Counted from the first letter of the stretch, positions 8,969 through 19,620 are shown. The stretch: 64,000 nt of DNA from Candidatus Curtissbacteria bacterium (GCA_030647775.1 JAUSJC010000010.1:6208-70207), one strand, 5' to 3'. Numbers and translations: made by a program. The notes: generated by a model not told the origin, from the letters alone.

Positions 8969-10465
8969 ATGAAAACTGTCCTTATAAAAATATCTTCAAT
9001 TCTTTTTATCTTTTTGTTCCTGACAATCGCATTTACTCCTCTCGCTCAAGCTCAAACATCGAAATGCACCCCGTCTGCAGATCTCAAAAATAACACCATT
9101 GACGCTATTAACCAATGCGCCATTGAAAGCGGTGCTTTTGATGATAAAATTTTTAATCTCAACCAAATTGCCGGCACAGTCGATAGCTTAAGTACTCTAT
9201 TAACCGGCCAATCTCAACTCCACCCGGCAACAAACAGCATCACCGCAGACGCCGGAGCGCTCACGGCTTCCGGAAAACTTATTGCCAGCCTTTATTCCAT
9301 TCCTCCCGTCTCCGGAGTCCAATATTTTGCACAACAAATTCAAAAATTTAACCCTGTCCAACCAGCTTATGCCCAAACATCTGCCGGAATCGGTTTTAAC
9401 GCACTATCACCGGTTCAAGATGTCTGGGCCGCTTTCAGGAATTTCTCTTACGTCGGCTTCGTCCTTGTCTTTATCGTCATCGGTTTTATGATTATGTTTC
9501 GCTCTAAAATTTCTCCGCAGGCCGTCGCCACCATCCAAGATTCACTGCCAAGAATTGTTGTCGCCCTCATCCTTGTCACCTTCAGCTACGCTATCGTCGG
9601 GTTGATGATTGATTTAATGTTCGTCCTCTTAAACGTTACAATTAACGCTTTAGGTGCTGCTGGCCTTACAACCGCCAATGCAGAAAAAGTAACCAACTCA
9701 AATGTCTTTAGCGTTGTCATGGGTTCACAAAAAGACATTTTTGGTGCGGTATTTGAAGCCGTTTCCGGCATTATTAAAAATGTATTTGATAATAATTGGT
9801 TAACTAAAATAATCGGGGTTCTCGGAGGATCAATTTTTGGGGTCATAGCAGGAATTGCCATGCTCTTTGTGATGTTCCGAATCTTTATAATGCTTTTGAT
9901 GTCCTACATAAGTATCATCATACTGACTATATTTGCTCCTTTTATATTACTTTTCCATGCCCTGCCCGGCAATAACGGCGCTAAAGAATGGTTCAAACAA
10001 GTAGGAGCCAACGTCGCCGTTTTCCCGACAGTTGCCTTAATGTTTATTTTGGCAGGGATGTTAAGCGGTATAGCATCACTCGGAGGCACAGCTGGCAGCC
10101 AGTTTAGTTCTGGTAACGTGGGGCAATTCCCTCTCCTTTCCGGGGGATTAGGACTTACAAATATCGGCAGTCTCATTGGTTTGGGTATTTTATTCATGAC
10201 ACCCGGAGCAGCAAAGATGGTTAAAGAAAGATTGGGAGTTAAAGAGGGTGCAATCGGAGCAGGCGGAGCCATGGCCGGTGCAGCTCTTGGCGCCGGAGCC
10301 GGCGCACTTGGCAGACCATTTGGTGCCGCTATCAACCCTGTCAGGCAATCACTCTCCTATCAATATGGGGCTGGAATGGCACAAAGAATCGGCAGATTTA
10401 CTGGTAAAACCGATAAAACCTCAACACCAAGCGAAGCAGAAGTAGAAGCAACCCAACGTTCTTAA
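8969..10465 (+). CDS. Polytopic membrane protein, VirB6/TrbL-like candidate (498 aa).
   Basis: Signal peptide, ~150-aa exported domain, at least five TM segments, and a Gly/Ala-rich hydrophilic tail, as in VirB6/TrbL. Lies within the T4SS-like locus. Confidence 0.5.
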   Translation: MKTVLIKISSILFIFLFLTIAFTPLAQAQTSKCTPSADLKNNTIDAINQCAIESGAFDDKIFNLNQIAGTVDSLSTLLTGQSQLHPATNSITADAGALTASGKLIASLYSIPPVSGVQYFAQQIQKFNPVQPAYAQTSAGIGFNALSPVQDVWAAFRNFSYVGFVLVFIVIGFMIMFRSKISPQAVATIQDSLPRIVVALILVTFSYAIVGLMIDLMFVLLNVTINALGAAGLTTANAEKVTNSNVFSVVMGSQKDIFGAVFEAVSGIIKNVFDNNWLTKIIGVLGGSIFGVIAGIAMLFVMFRIFIMLLMSYISIIILTIFAPFILLFHALPGNNGAKEWFKQVGANVAVFPTVALMFILAGMLSGIASLGGTAGSQFSSGNVGQFPLLSGGLGLTNIGSLIGLGILFMTPGAAKMVKERLGVKEGAIGAGGAMAGAALGAGAGALGRPFGAAINPVRQSLSYQYGAGMAQRIGRFTGKTDKTSTPSEAEVEATQRS

Positions 10466-10473
10466 AACCGGGA

Positions 10474-13400
10474 CTATTTCCCTGAAACCTGCGCGCTGGA
10501 TTGGCTAAAGACCCCTTTAAATAGCGCCCATAAGAAAACTAAAAAGAAAGGCATCAAGTTGCTCGGCTTTTTTAGTTCACTCCCCATCACCCGGATCATT
10601 TCCAGATATTCCTTCAAAGTCCTGATCGGTACTATACCGGGAATCCCAGCAAGCTTTAAATATTTCTCTTTCATTCTCTCCGCGTCCTTGTGGTCTAACC
10701 GGTTTGTAGCGGCAGACACATCAAGTATCTGTTCAATTTCCGCCGAAGGCATATTATATTCACGTCCCCACCAGTCTTTCCAATGCTTGCCCATCTCCTG
10801 ATGCATTGGAACCAGTAACTTCATCCACGGATGCATTCTTATCTCACGGGTTGAATAGAACATCTTACGGTTATTAATGCCCATAAAAGTTTTGGTATCG
10901 GGACTGTTTAAATACGTCTGGCAAGCGTCTGCCGCGAAATACTTCTTCGTTTCTTTTCTGTCTGTCCACCAGTCTCCCATATTGTATTTAATAATATTTG
11001 TTTTCTCATTACTAAAAACCTCGCTCCAGCTAATATTTTGAAAAGTTAACTCCCCGTCATCTACTAACTCCTCGAGTGCAACTCCCCTTACCCAACCCCT
11101 ATCATTGGAATCACCACCCTCCCAGTTATTATCTAAGCTTTTACCGCCATTCCACTTTCCAATGTCGAGCTTACGCCCGTTATCGATATTCTTCATCCTG
11201 TCTGCAACTACATTCGCAAAACGTCTACTGGGGATACCAGGCCTTGCAACAACCAGCTTGTTTGCAATACCAGCATCAACATCATCATCCATTCGCAGCT
11301 TGTCATTGATAAGTTTAATAAGTAAGCGGTTATTGCCCAGTATTCCGCGCCTTCTGCCAAGCATATGTTTCGTTAATATGTAGTTGGCGTCCCTTGGCCT
11401 GCCTCTTACCTCATTTTGTAAAAATTCACCATAATGGTCTACCATCCTGCCAAACCAAACATCCGAATAATTGTTAAAAACAAAAGCCCCAAGCTTTTTT
11501 CTGCTCCTGCCATTATCATCCTTAAACCATTCTCCCTTTTTTTTGTCTCTATCCCATATCCTTATGCCGTCATAATCGGAAAACCCTCCCAATGTCCAAG
11601 TTACGTTGTAACCGTTATTAATAACCTGATCCAAAAGCCCCGCCTGAAGAAATTCGTCAATCTTATCACCCGATAAGCCCATTCCACCCAATCTGGTTTT
11701 AAGCGCATCAAGCAGGTCTTTCTTTCTCGTCCTTAAATAATGATAATCAGGGTCTGTTTCCTTATAACCGTGAGCACCCAGTAAAGTAGTCTCTCGATAC
11801 CAATCCAAAACAACTTTTTCCGCATTGCTAGGTTTAGCCCAGTATTCATTTATTGCATCATCGCTGGCGCCAACCCCAATTTTTTTCTTTACATAACCCT
11901 TTATCTCATCCCTTAATCGATTAAGTTCACCACGATCGACTACTGCCGATTTATCAAAAAGGTTCTTAATCTCTTCCGGCACGGTAACAAAATCTGTAGT
12001 TATATCTACTAAAGTCAGGCCTTCGACAAGATTCATCTGTGCCCTTTCCTTTGAAAACCGCTCAAAATAAACCTTCATCGCAACATCCAGTAAGTTAAAC
12101 TTTTCCGTCTCGTAAACCGGATTTCCACTGGCATCAACAATAGGATTACCAGCGGCATCTTTTTTCTGAATTCGGGAAACGAAATCATCCCCGTTATGAT
12201 CTTGAAAAAACCTGTCGAAAAAGATTTTAAAAGTATCATCCTTCCATAAGTTATTGCCAGCAATCGCTTCAAGCACTTTATCCGGATCCATCGCGTGCCC
12301 CTCCATAGTCAGGCGCAGAGAATAAATCGCAATAACCGCGTCTCTTAATTCATCTATTTTCATTTTCAGCTCCATCGCCTCCTTCTTTTCCTTTCCTGTT
12401 AAAGTTTCAACGGGTATCGCGTCAGAAATTTGGGTGATTACTTGTCTCACCCGACTAACTTCTTCCTGCGTCGAATTACCCGATTCCAACCGCCTGAAAT
12501 TGTTTTGCACATTCTTCATTGAGTCTTGCCAGTCTTTTGGGATACCGTATTCTGACTCTCTAACAATATTCAATCTGACACCCTCAAAAGTCGTCGAGGC
12601 TCTCCATTCCAGAAGCCCTTCAGCCCCCGCCACAGCTGGACGGCTTTTTGCGTACTCATAAAGCTGATAGTCAAAATCAGGCAGATGAATATTACCGATA
12701 CTAAGAGACCCCTCCAACTCTTTAATTTTGATGTCAAGAGGGTTAAAAAGACGCGCCCTTACCCCCGGCCCCAAAGCCTGAGCCCTCCCTCGAAGGGCCT
12801 CATCCATCTCTTTGGATAACTTTTTAAGATCATCTCTTCTAGCTTTGGGTACAATGCTGTCCAAAATTGCTTGTCTCGGGGTCCCTTTTGCTAAAATCTC
12901 ATGAGTTTCAATAGCATTCCCCAAGTTCTTTACAAAACGGTACCCGTCACCTCCAACCGTAGCTAGCCTTCTTGCTTCGATAAATTGGAAATCGAGAACC
13001 TCCCTCCGTGCATCAACAGCATCCACCTGAATTATCGTCAGGGGCCCAATAAGTGAAGTCTTAACGAGTAATTCCTGTATTATCTTCTCCGTAGAACCCA
13101 GCTTGACTAAACGAGCCATAATTCTCCCTTTAGCAACTCCAAACTCAGCATCAAATGCAACAGTGTCAGCCATTATCCTTTGTATGGATTTCAATGTCTC
13201 TAGCTGTAAAAGGTTGTAATCAACCAAGGAGTCCCTGTAGCTTTCATAGTCCATACGTCTCATCTCCATCATGTCTCCCAAACGCTTCTCATAATCTGAA
13301 TAAAAATCTTCAAATTTCCGAAATATTTCAGGCCTATCATCGCTCGAGCCTAACGCTCCACGCATCTCCATATCATCTAATATTCCAAGCCTCCTATGAA

Positions 13401-14598
13401 GCTCTTCAACTTGGTCTGGACCCAAAGCAGCTGTTGTTGCACCGAATACTGTACCCCCTCCGGCAATTGCTGGAACAATCCGCATACCATTCTCCTCCGC
13501 CCAAGCTAACCGCTCATTCCTGCCCATCCCACCCCAAATATCCGGTGTCTCCAAACGCTTATCGACCCCTGCCCCCTTAAAAAATCTATTGATGTCACCA
13601 ACAACATCTTCGCTTTTATAAAGTGGATAATTGACAGCAACATATTTTCCACCTTCTGTTTCGTAAACTTCAGCGTTTGTATTAGGATCAATAAATCTCA
13701 ATTTAAAATCAGGATCAACCTCACCTGCAGGAAAAGCGGTCGTGTTGGATATTCCGCGACTGTTTAATAAATCCATCTTTTTGACTGGATCATCCCTGTC
13801 CCACGTATCGGGAAGTTTTACATTGACCCCTTGCGCTGTCAAGGCCGCCTCCGCAAGCTCCCTGGGCATATTCCATAGATGAGGATACGTTCCGACAATC
13901 TTCGGCCTTTCTCCGGTGGTATCTTCCTCCTTCGCTACTTTTCTTCCCCTATGTATCTCTTCCGCCTCGACGGCACCAACCACAACTCTTTTCCCAACTT
14001 TCTCCCTTGTCAAAGTCTCTTCTTCAAGATCTCTGGCTTTCTCGATCTTCAAACGGGCTAAGTCCTCTTCAACTTTTCTTTCTTTTGTTCCGGCACGGGC
14101 TTCGAAATCCTCATTCGCTGGTTCGGCAATATCCACATCCTCTTCACGCATAACCCCCTGGGCTTCAACCACAATATCGGCAGAGGACATCTTATCGACT
14201 TCTTCAAGCATATATCCCCTTTCCAAAAGAATGTCCTTAAGCCGCTTAAATTTCTCGTAAGGAACCGCAACTTGCCCATCGCCATCCCTCAACTCTGCTA
14301 GAATTTCTGCAGCCGCTTTTGCATCTTTAAACGGTAATTTTACTGGTTGTTTGTTTGGGGTTGGCTTTTCGTCCGACTTATAAGTTGCCGGTTTGGATTC
14401 TCCCCCCTGTCGACTTTTTTCTTCTTCGCTTTGCCTAGGAGATTTTTTGGCTCCCTTTTTATCGGCCTCCTTTTTGCCCTCATCTGTTCTCCTTTTCTTC
14501 TCGTTATCCAAACGGCGCTGCTCTCTTTTTTGTTCCTCGTCTCTTCCTGGGGTTTCTTCTGGCATATTCATATTATATCCAAAACTTGCTTCCGACAT
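10474..14598 (-). CDS. Giant orphan protein (~1374 aa) with a Lys/Glu/Arg-rich low-complexity N-terminus and a hydrophobic C-terminal tail. No recognisable catalytic motif.
   Basis: Single uninterrupted frame. ATG at 14598 is preceded by AAGGAAG; the track start at 14631 is a GTG. No Walker A or relaxase HxH motifs seen. Confidence 0.6.
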   Translation of the reverse strand: MSEASFGYNMNMPEETPGRDEEQKREQRRLDNEKKRRTDEGKKEADKKGAKKSPRQSEEEKSRQGGESKPATYKSDEKPTPNKQPVKLPFKDAKAAAEILAELRDGDGQVAVPYEKFKRLKDILLERGYMLEEVDKMSSADIVVEAQGVMREEDVDIAEPANEDFEARAGTKERKVEEDLARLKIEKARDLEEETLTREKVGKRVVVGAVEAEEIHRGRKVAKEEDTTGERPKIVGTYPHLWNMPRELAEAALTAQGVNVKLPDTWDRDDPVKKMDLLNSRGISNTTAFPAGEVDPDFKLRFIDPNTNAEVYETEGGKYVAVNYPLYKSEDVVGDINRFFKGAGVDKRLETPDIWGGMGRNERLAWAEENGMRIVPAIAGGGTVFGATTAALGPDQVEELHRRLGILDDMEMRGALGSSDDRPEIFRKFEDFYSDYEKRLGDMMEMRRMDYESYRDSLVDYNLLQLETLKSIQRIMADTVAFDAEFGVAKGRIMARLVKLGSTEKIIQELLVKTSLIGPLTIIQVDAVDARREVLDFQFIEARRLATVGGDGYRFVKNLGNAIETHEILAKGTPRQAILDSIVPKARRDDLKKLSKEMDEALRGRAQALGPGVRARLFNPLDIKIKELEGSLSIGNIHLPDFDYQLYEYAKSRPAVAGAEGLLEWRASTTFEGVRLNIVRESEYGIPKDWQDSMKNVQNNFRRLESGNSTQEEVSRVRQVITQISDAIPVETLTGKEKKEAMELKMKIDELRDAVIAIYSLRLTMEGHAMDPDKVLEAIAGNNLWKDDTFKIFFDRFFQDHNGDDFVSRIQKKDAAGNPIVDASGNPVYETEKFNLLDVAMKVYFERFSKERAQMNLVEGLTLVDITTDFVTVPEEIKNLFDKSAVVDRGELNRLRDEIKGYVKKKIGVGASDDAINEYWAKPSNAEKVVLDWYRETTLLGAHGYKETDPDYHYLRTRKKDLLDALKTRLGGMGLSGDKIDEFLQAGLLDQVINNGYNVTWTLGGFSDYDGIRIWDRDKKKGEWFKDDNGRSRKKLGAFVFNNYSDVWFGRMVDHYGEFLQNEVRGRPRDANYILTKHMLGRRRGILGNNRLLIKLINDKLRMDDDVDAGIANKLVVARPGIPSRRFANVVADRMKNIDNGRKLDIGKWNGGKSLDNNWEGGDSNDRGWVRGVALEELVDDGELTFQNISWSEVFSNEKTNIIKYNMGDWWTDRKETKKYFAADACQTYLNSPDTKTFMGINNRKMFYSTREIRMHPWMKLLVPMHQEMGKHWKDWWGREYNMPSAEIEQILDVSAATNRLDHKDAERMKEKYLKLAGIPGIVPIRTLKEYLEMIRVMGSELKKPSNLMPFFLVFLWALFKGVFSQSSAQVSGK

Positions 14599-14840
14599 AC
14601 AATCTTCCTTTCTATCGCCAATTATAATCACCTACCCTATAGTTGCTTGACTTTAACCTGACAGCCAATCTGACAATTTTGTCAGACGCTAAAAGCTAAA
14701 CGACAAACGACTAAGACAAGATAAAAATCAGTATTAATTTTCATGGTCAGTGTGAAAATCTGGGCCTATTTTGAGGCTAGATATTTCCACTTCTCTGCTC
14801 TTGTTTCATATGTTATGGTAACTTTGGTGACAAAGTTACC

Positions 14841-14913
14841 AGGCTATTGGGTACTTAGGTAATTAGGTTATTGGGAGACTAACCAAACAACCCAAAGACC
14901 TAAAAGCCTAATC
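14841..14913. repeat. Family A palindromic element immediately upstream of the four-helix-bundle gene.
   Basis: 'ggctattgggtacttaggtaattaggttattggg agact aaccaaacaacccaaagacctaaaagcctaatcgcc'. Confidence 0.45.
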
Positions 14914-14925
14914 GCCATTTCAAAA

Positions 14926-15318
14926 ATGGGTGATTTTACAAAACTTATTATTTGGCAAAAAGCTCACGATCTAACAATTAAGGTCTACGCTTTAACAAAA
15001 AAGCTACCTAAAACCGAAGATTATAGCTTGAAATCGCAATTGAGACGAGCTGCAGTCTCCTGTGAGTCAAACATTGCCGAAGGAGAAACCAGATACACTG
15101 ACGCAGCAAAAATCAACTTCTTTGTAGATTCAAGGTCATCCGGTGCAGAAGTTCAAAGTCAGTTGATGATTATGCGTGACGTTTATCCAGAATTATCAGA
15201 AGAATCCGAAGCATTACGTTTGGAATACGAAGATTTTTGCAAACAAACCAACAGCCTAATTTCGTTTAGAAGAAAATCTAACCTAATATCCCAAAATCCA
15301 AAAAACCTAACAGCCTAA
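14926..15318 (+). CDS. Four-helix-bundle protein (family formerly called 23S rRNA intervening-sequence protein).
   Basis: 'IWQKAHDLTIKVYALTKKLPKTEDYSLKSQLRRAAVSCESNIAEGE' matches the TIGR02436-type signature. Its 3' end is built from a family-A CCTAA half-repeat. Confidence 0.75.
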   Translation: MGDFTKLIIWQKAHDLTIKVYALTKKLPKTEDYSLKSQLRRAAVSCESNIAEGETRYTDAAKINFFVDSRSSGAEVQSQLMIMRDVYPELSEESEALRLEYEDFCKQTNSLISFRRKSNLISQNPKNLTA

Positions 15319-16826
15319 TGAACCAACACCCTGTCCCGCAGCATATCGCCTCTTTCGAATTTAAGCTTTTTGGCAACCTTACCATCCGCCAATTTGTCGC
15401 TCTTTCCATTCCAATGTCTGTTGCCGCCCTTATTTTCTTTTCCCCGGGCCCAACCATCATCCGCTTTCCATTTTCCATCTTCTTCGCCGGCCTCGGCCTG
15501 TTTGCCGCTCTTGTCCCGGTCCAGGGACGCCCTTTTGATAAATGGGTCGTTGCCTTCACGAGGGCCATCCTTTCACCAACCCAAAGGGTTTGGGTTAAAG
15601 AAGCCAAAATCCCGCAGTTTTTAAATATCATCATAAACCAGCCCAAACACCCCAATGAGCCCCCCCAACCCATTACCTTTCAGGACCGCCAAAGGCTTTC
15701 CCAGTACTTGAGATCACTCCCCAAATCCACAGTTTCGCCTCTGGATGTTAGAGAACAGCAGGCCATCGAAAAGCTCGGCCTCGTTCCTCCGGTGCAGGGC
15801 TTGCCCTCCGAAGCTTTAGCGAAGGAGGGCAAACTTCCCCCTTCAATCCTTTGGACAACTGCCGGCCCCAAGACCAAACAGGCGTTCGTCCAAACTACCG
15901 AACCGATCTTGGAAGAACGGTTCCAGGGAATTATGCCCCAAGCCTTACCCCAAATAACTCCGCTTGGAAAACCGGCAACCGCCGTTAGAATCAGCCCCCA
16001 CGCTAAACCGTATGCCCTGCCCGGCCTGGAAAAAAGGCTCGCCGAAAAACAAATTCTCGTTTCCCCCACGCTTCAGCTGGCTTCAAACACCAACTTTTCT
16101 ATTGAAAACATCATTCCTATCCCCGGCAAACATGTCAGGCTTCTGCACGGTCTTACCAAAAGCCGCACGCGAAAACTCCATTTTGCCCCGCCGAAGAATT
16201 TCAATCTTGCCAATCTGCCGGTGCGCGGCGAAGCAAGATTCGAAGTCTCCGAAGAATTGAAAAAACGCTTCCAATTTAATGAACCGGCACTCCAGCCTAT
16301 ACCCCAAGCCCAAGAAACCCCGGTGCAAACACCGAAAATCGAAGTTGAACCGCAACGCGCGTCCGCTCACCAGGCGCCAAGGCCGCCGAAACAAAATCAA
16401 TTTGTTCCCAGACCGCAAACAGCTCACTTCACTGCCCAAAACGCCACGCTAAAACAGGAAGAATCCGAACGTGCAGATTCGCAAATGACCATTCGGGGCC
16501 AAAAGGTTGACGGCACCAAATCTGCTTCTATTTTAGAAAGGGCCCGTATTATCCCTTTAACAAACACCCCCAATGTTCTCTCCGGCTTGGTTTCCGATGC
16601 CGCCGGTATTCCTCTTGAAGGCGCAATCATTACTGTCCGCGACCAAAGCGGCATACCGGTTCGCGCCTTAAAAACCAATAAGCTTGGCCAGTTTCTTTCA
16701 ACAACTCCTCTTATAAGCGGCGTTTATTCTTTGGAAATTGAGCACACAAACGCCCGTTTTGAACCAATCACCATTAATCTTATCGGCAACATTGTGGTAC
16801 CACTGGAGATTAAAGCCAAAGGATGA
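15318..16826 (+). CDS. PrgI-like (VirB3-analogous) T4SS membrane protein with a ~380-aa C-terminal extension.
   Basis: N-terminal 'FEFKLFGNLTIRQFVALSIPMSVAALIFF ... FFAGLGLFAALVPVQGRPFDKWV' gives two TM helices typical of the PrgI family. Lies just upstream of virB4. Confidence 0.5.
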   Translation: MNQHPVPQHIASFEFKLFGNLTIRQFVALSIPMSVAALIFFSPGPTIIRFPFSIFFAGLGLFAALVPVQGRPFDKWVVAFTRAILSPTQRVWVKEAKIPQFLNIIINQPKHPNEPPQPITFQDRQRLSQYLRSLPKSTVSPLDVREQQAIEKLGLVPPVQGLPSEALAKEGKLPPSILWTTAGPKTKQAFVQTTEPILEERFQGIMPQALPQITPLGKPATAVRISPHAKPYALPGLEKRLAEKQILVSPTLQLASNTNFSIENIIPIPGKHVRLLHGLTKSRTRKLHFAPPKNFNLANLPVRGEARFEVSEELKKRFQFNEPALQPIPQAQETPVQTPKIEVEPQRASAHQAPRPPKQNQFVPRPQTAHFTAQNATLKQEESERADSQMTIRGQKVDGTKSASILERARIIPLTNTPNVLSGLVSDAAGIPLEGAIITVRDQSGIPVRALKTNKLGQFLSTTPLISGVYSLEIEHTNARFEPITINLIGNIVVPLEIKAKG

Positions 16827-17803
16827 AAATCATGTCACAAACTCCTAAAACTAAAGCTTCAACCCAACAGCACCTTGATGTCGAAGATATCACCGAAGAC
16901 TTGGTCATTTTAAAAACCGGCTGGGTGGCCATGGTCATGTCGACAACTGCCATCAATTTCGACCTTCTTTCTGAAGCCGAACAAGACGCTACAATCTATG
17001 CTTTCGGCGCCTTTTTGAATTCGCTCACTTTCCCGCTTGAAGTATTAATTAGAAGTAAAAAAGCCGACATTACCTCTTACTTCCAAAGCCTTGAGGAAGC
17101 CCAGCGCATTCAGCCTAACCCTGATCTTAAAAGGCAAATCCAAAAATATCAGGAGTTTATTCAGGCAACCGTCCAGCAAAAAACAGTTTTGGATAAAAGG
17201 TTCTATTTAATCATTAATTATTCCCCGCTTGGGCCCGAGTTTAAAGGCTTCGGCAAAAATAGCCAAAACCCAAAGAGTAAGGCCCAGCTTATCCAAACTG
17301 CCAAAAGCGCTCTTTCCCCGAAGCGCGACCATGTTATCAAACAAACCGCCAGGCTTGGTATTAATACCCGCCAGCTCATGTCGCAGGAATTGATCGAACT
17401 TTTTTATGATATTTATAACCCGGCCCCAACCGGCACTCAAAGGGTTATTTTGGATGCCGCCTCGTACACTACCCCGCTGGTAGAACCGGCAATCGCCAAC
17501 CCCACGCCGGCATCAGGGCCGGCTGTCGAACAGGAACTTACCAATATTAATAGACCGCAAGCAGGTGAAATAGTAACTCAGCAGGAAACAAATCTGCGAC
17601 CCGTACCGCCAGCCTCGACGCCCGCTTCGACGCGAGGCGAGCTAGGCGGGTCAGCCTCGGCTCAAGGCGGGCCGCCTCCGACGCAGGCTCCACCTGTACC
17701 CCAGCCGGCACAATATGTCACCGCTGCACCGACCCAAGCCGAGCCGCAAGCCGTGGCCCCAAACCCTAACCCAATTCAGGAAACTGGAGGTAACAACCAA
17801 TGA
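16823..17803 (+). CDS. Hypothetical T4SS-associated protein with a Pro/Ala-rich C-terminus, translationally coupled to virB4.
   Basis: ATGA overlaps at both ends. No TM segment. Sits between the PrgI-like gene and virB4. Confidence 0.5.
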   Translation: MKIMSQTPKTKASTQQHLDVEDITEDLVILKTGWVAMVMSTTAINFDLLSEAEQDATIYAFGAFLNSLTFPLEVLIRSKKADITSYFQSLEEAQRIQPNPDLKRQIQKYQEFIQATVQQKTVLDKRFYLIINYSPLGPEFKGFGKNSQNPKSKAQLIQTAKSALSPKRDHVIKQTARLGINTRQLMSQELIELFYDIYNPAPTGTQRVILDAASYTTPLVEPAIANPTPASGPAVEQELTNINRPQAGEIVTQQETNLRPVPPASTPASTRGELGGSASAQGGPPPTQAPPVPQPAQYVTAAPTQAEPQAVAPNPNPIQETGGNNQ

Positions 17804-19620
17804 AGTTTTTCCCTGATATCTTTGGTAAAAAACCGCAAGCCGCCGCCAATCTTTCCGATCAGGAAAGCGGCTGGGCCCAAACGCTGGCAACCGGATCGGT
17901 TTCAGTCCAGGATATCATCGCCCCTCCGGCCATAGAAGTTGATTTCGATTTCATTAAAATCGGCGCCTATTATTACCGCACCCTTTTTGTCATCGGCTAC
18001 CCCCGGTTTGTCGAGGCAAACTGGCTCTCCCCCTTAATTAACTTTGAGCACACATTGGAAATTGCTCTCTACTCTTATCCGGTCGAGGCCAAAGGCGTCC
18101 TTGACGACTTAAAGCGCAAAATGACCGAAATGGAGGCAACCATTGCTACCGATATCCAGCACGGGCACCTAATCGACCCGGCTGTCCAGGCTGCGCTAGA
18201 AGATGCCCAGATGCTTCAGGAAGAACTGGTCAAAGGCGCCGAAAGGTTCTTTCAGTTTGGCCTTTATGTCACTGTCCCGGCACAATCCAAAGAAGAACTC
18301 GATGAAGTCACCAAGCAAGTCGAATCAACGCTTGGCTCCCTGCTTCTTGTCCCAAAACACGCCTCACTGCAGCAGGAAGATGCTTTTAAAACCACCCTCC
18401 CGCAAGGTACCGACCACATTTATATCACCAGGAATATGGATACCACTTCCCTGGCCACAACTTTCCCTTTTGTCTCCTCATCGCTAACCTCCAATTCCGG
18501 CATCATGTACGGCATCAATGAGCATAACGGCTCATTGGTAATTTTCGACCGTTTTAGCCAGGAAAACGCCAATTCCGTAATCTTTGCCAAATCCGGCGCC
18601 GGCAAATCTTATCTGGTTAAACTCGAAGCCCTCCGTTCCCTCATGTTTGGCACCGAAGTCATTGTCATCGACCCCGAAGAAGAATATAAAACCCTTTGCC
18701 AGGCAATCGGCGGCGAGTTAATCAGCTTTAACTTCTCATCTGAAGCCAAAATCAACCCTTTCGACCTTTCCGGAATCTATGAAGAAGGCGAAAACGAACT
18801 GGGCTTAAAAATCCTTTCCCTCCACGGGCTTTTTAAAATAATCATGGGCAATCTTACCCCTTCGGAAGATGCCCTCCTTGACCGTGCGCTGGTTGCCACC
18901 TATAAAGCCAAAGGCATCACCCCCGATCCGGCTACCCAGCAAAACGAACCGCCTTTGATGGAAGACCTCTATAAAGTTTTAATTGGTATGGAAGAGTCAA
19001 CCGCCAAGGGCCTTGCCGACAGGATTGAAAGATTCGTTAAGGGCTCACTAGTTGGCATCTTCAACCAGCAAAGCAATATCGATATCAAAAATACCTTCAC
19101 CGTTTTTTCGATTAAAGACCTGGAAAACGAACTTCGCCCCATTGCTATGTACTTAATTTTGGATTTCATCTGGACCAAGGTCAAAAATGATATCAGGAAA
19201 CGGCTTCTAATAGTCGACGAGGCCTGGTACTTAATGCAGTATCCGGACAGCGCTTCATTTATGTACGGCATCGCCAAACGCGCCAGAAAGTATTACCTTG
19301 GCTTAACGACAATCACCCAGGATGTCGAAGATTTTCTAACCACCGACTACGGCCGCGCTATCGTTACCAACTCAAGTATCCAGATTCTTCTTAAACAATC
19401 CCCGGCGGCCATCGACCAGGTCGCCGATACTTTTTACCTTTCCGAGGGCGAAAAGCATCTTCTCCTTTCTGCCGATATTGGGGAAGGCATCTTTTTTGCC
19501 GGCCCCAACCATGTTGCCATCAGGATTGTGGCTTCAGACGATGAGCATGCCCTCGTAACCACTAATCCAAAGGAACTCCAGGAGATGGCCAAAGCCCAAG
19601 AACTCCAAAAGCAATTTTAA
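17800..19620 (+). CDS. virB4: VirB4/TrbE-family T4SS ATPase (606 aa, short Gram-positive/CPR type).
   Basis: Walker A 'IFAKSGAGKSYLV' and Walker B 'RLLIVDEAWYLM'. N-terminal 'IEVDFDFIKIGAYYYRTLFVIGYPRFVEANWL' resembles the VirB4 N-domain. Confidence 0.8.
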   Translation: MKFFPDIFGKKPQAAANLSDQESGWAQTLATGSVSVQDIIAPPAIEVDFDFIKIGAYYYRTLFVIGYPRFVEANWLSPLINFEHTLEIALYSYPVEAKGVLDDLKRKMTEMEATIATDIQHGHLIDPAVQAALEDAQMLQEELVKGAERFFQFGLYVTVPAQSKEELDEVTKQVESTLGSLLLVPKHASLQQEDAFKTTLPQGTDHIYITRNMDTTSLATTFPFVSSSLTSNSGIMYGINEHNGSLVIFDRFSQENANSVIFAKSGAGKSYLVKLEALRSLMFGTEVIVIDPEEEYKTLCQAIGGELISFNFSSEAKINPFDLSGIYEEGENELGLKILSLHGLFKIIMGNLTPSEDALLDRALVATYKAKGITPDPATQQNEPPLMEDLYKVLIGMEESTAKGLADRIERFVKGSLVGIFNQQSNIDIKNTFTVFSIKDLENELRPIAMYLILDFIWTKVKNDIRKRLLIVDEAWYLMQYPDSASFMYGIAKRARKYYLGLTTITQDVEDFLTTDYGRAIVTNSSIQILLKQSPAAIDQVADTFYLSEGEKHLLLSADIGEGIFFAGPNHVAIRIVASDDEHALVTTNPKELQEMAKAQELQKQF

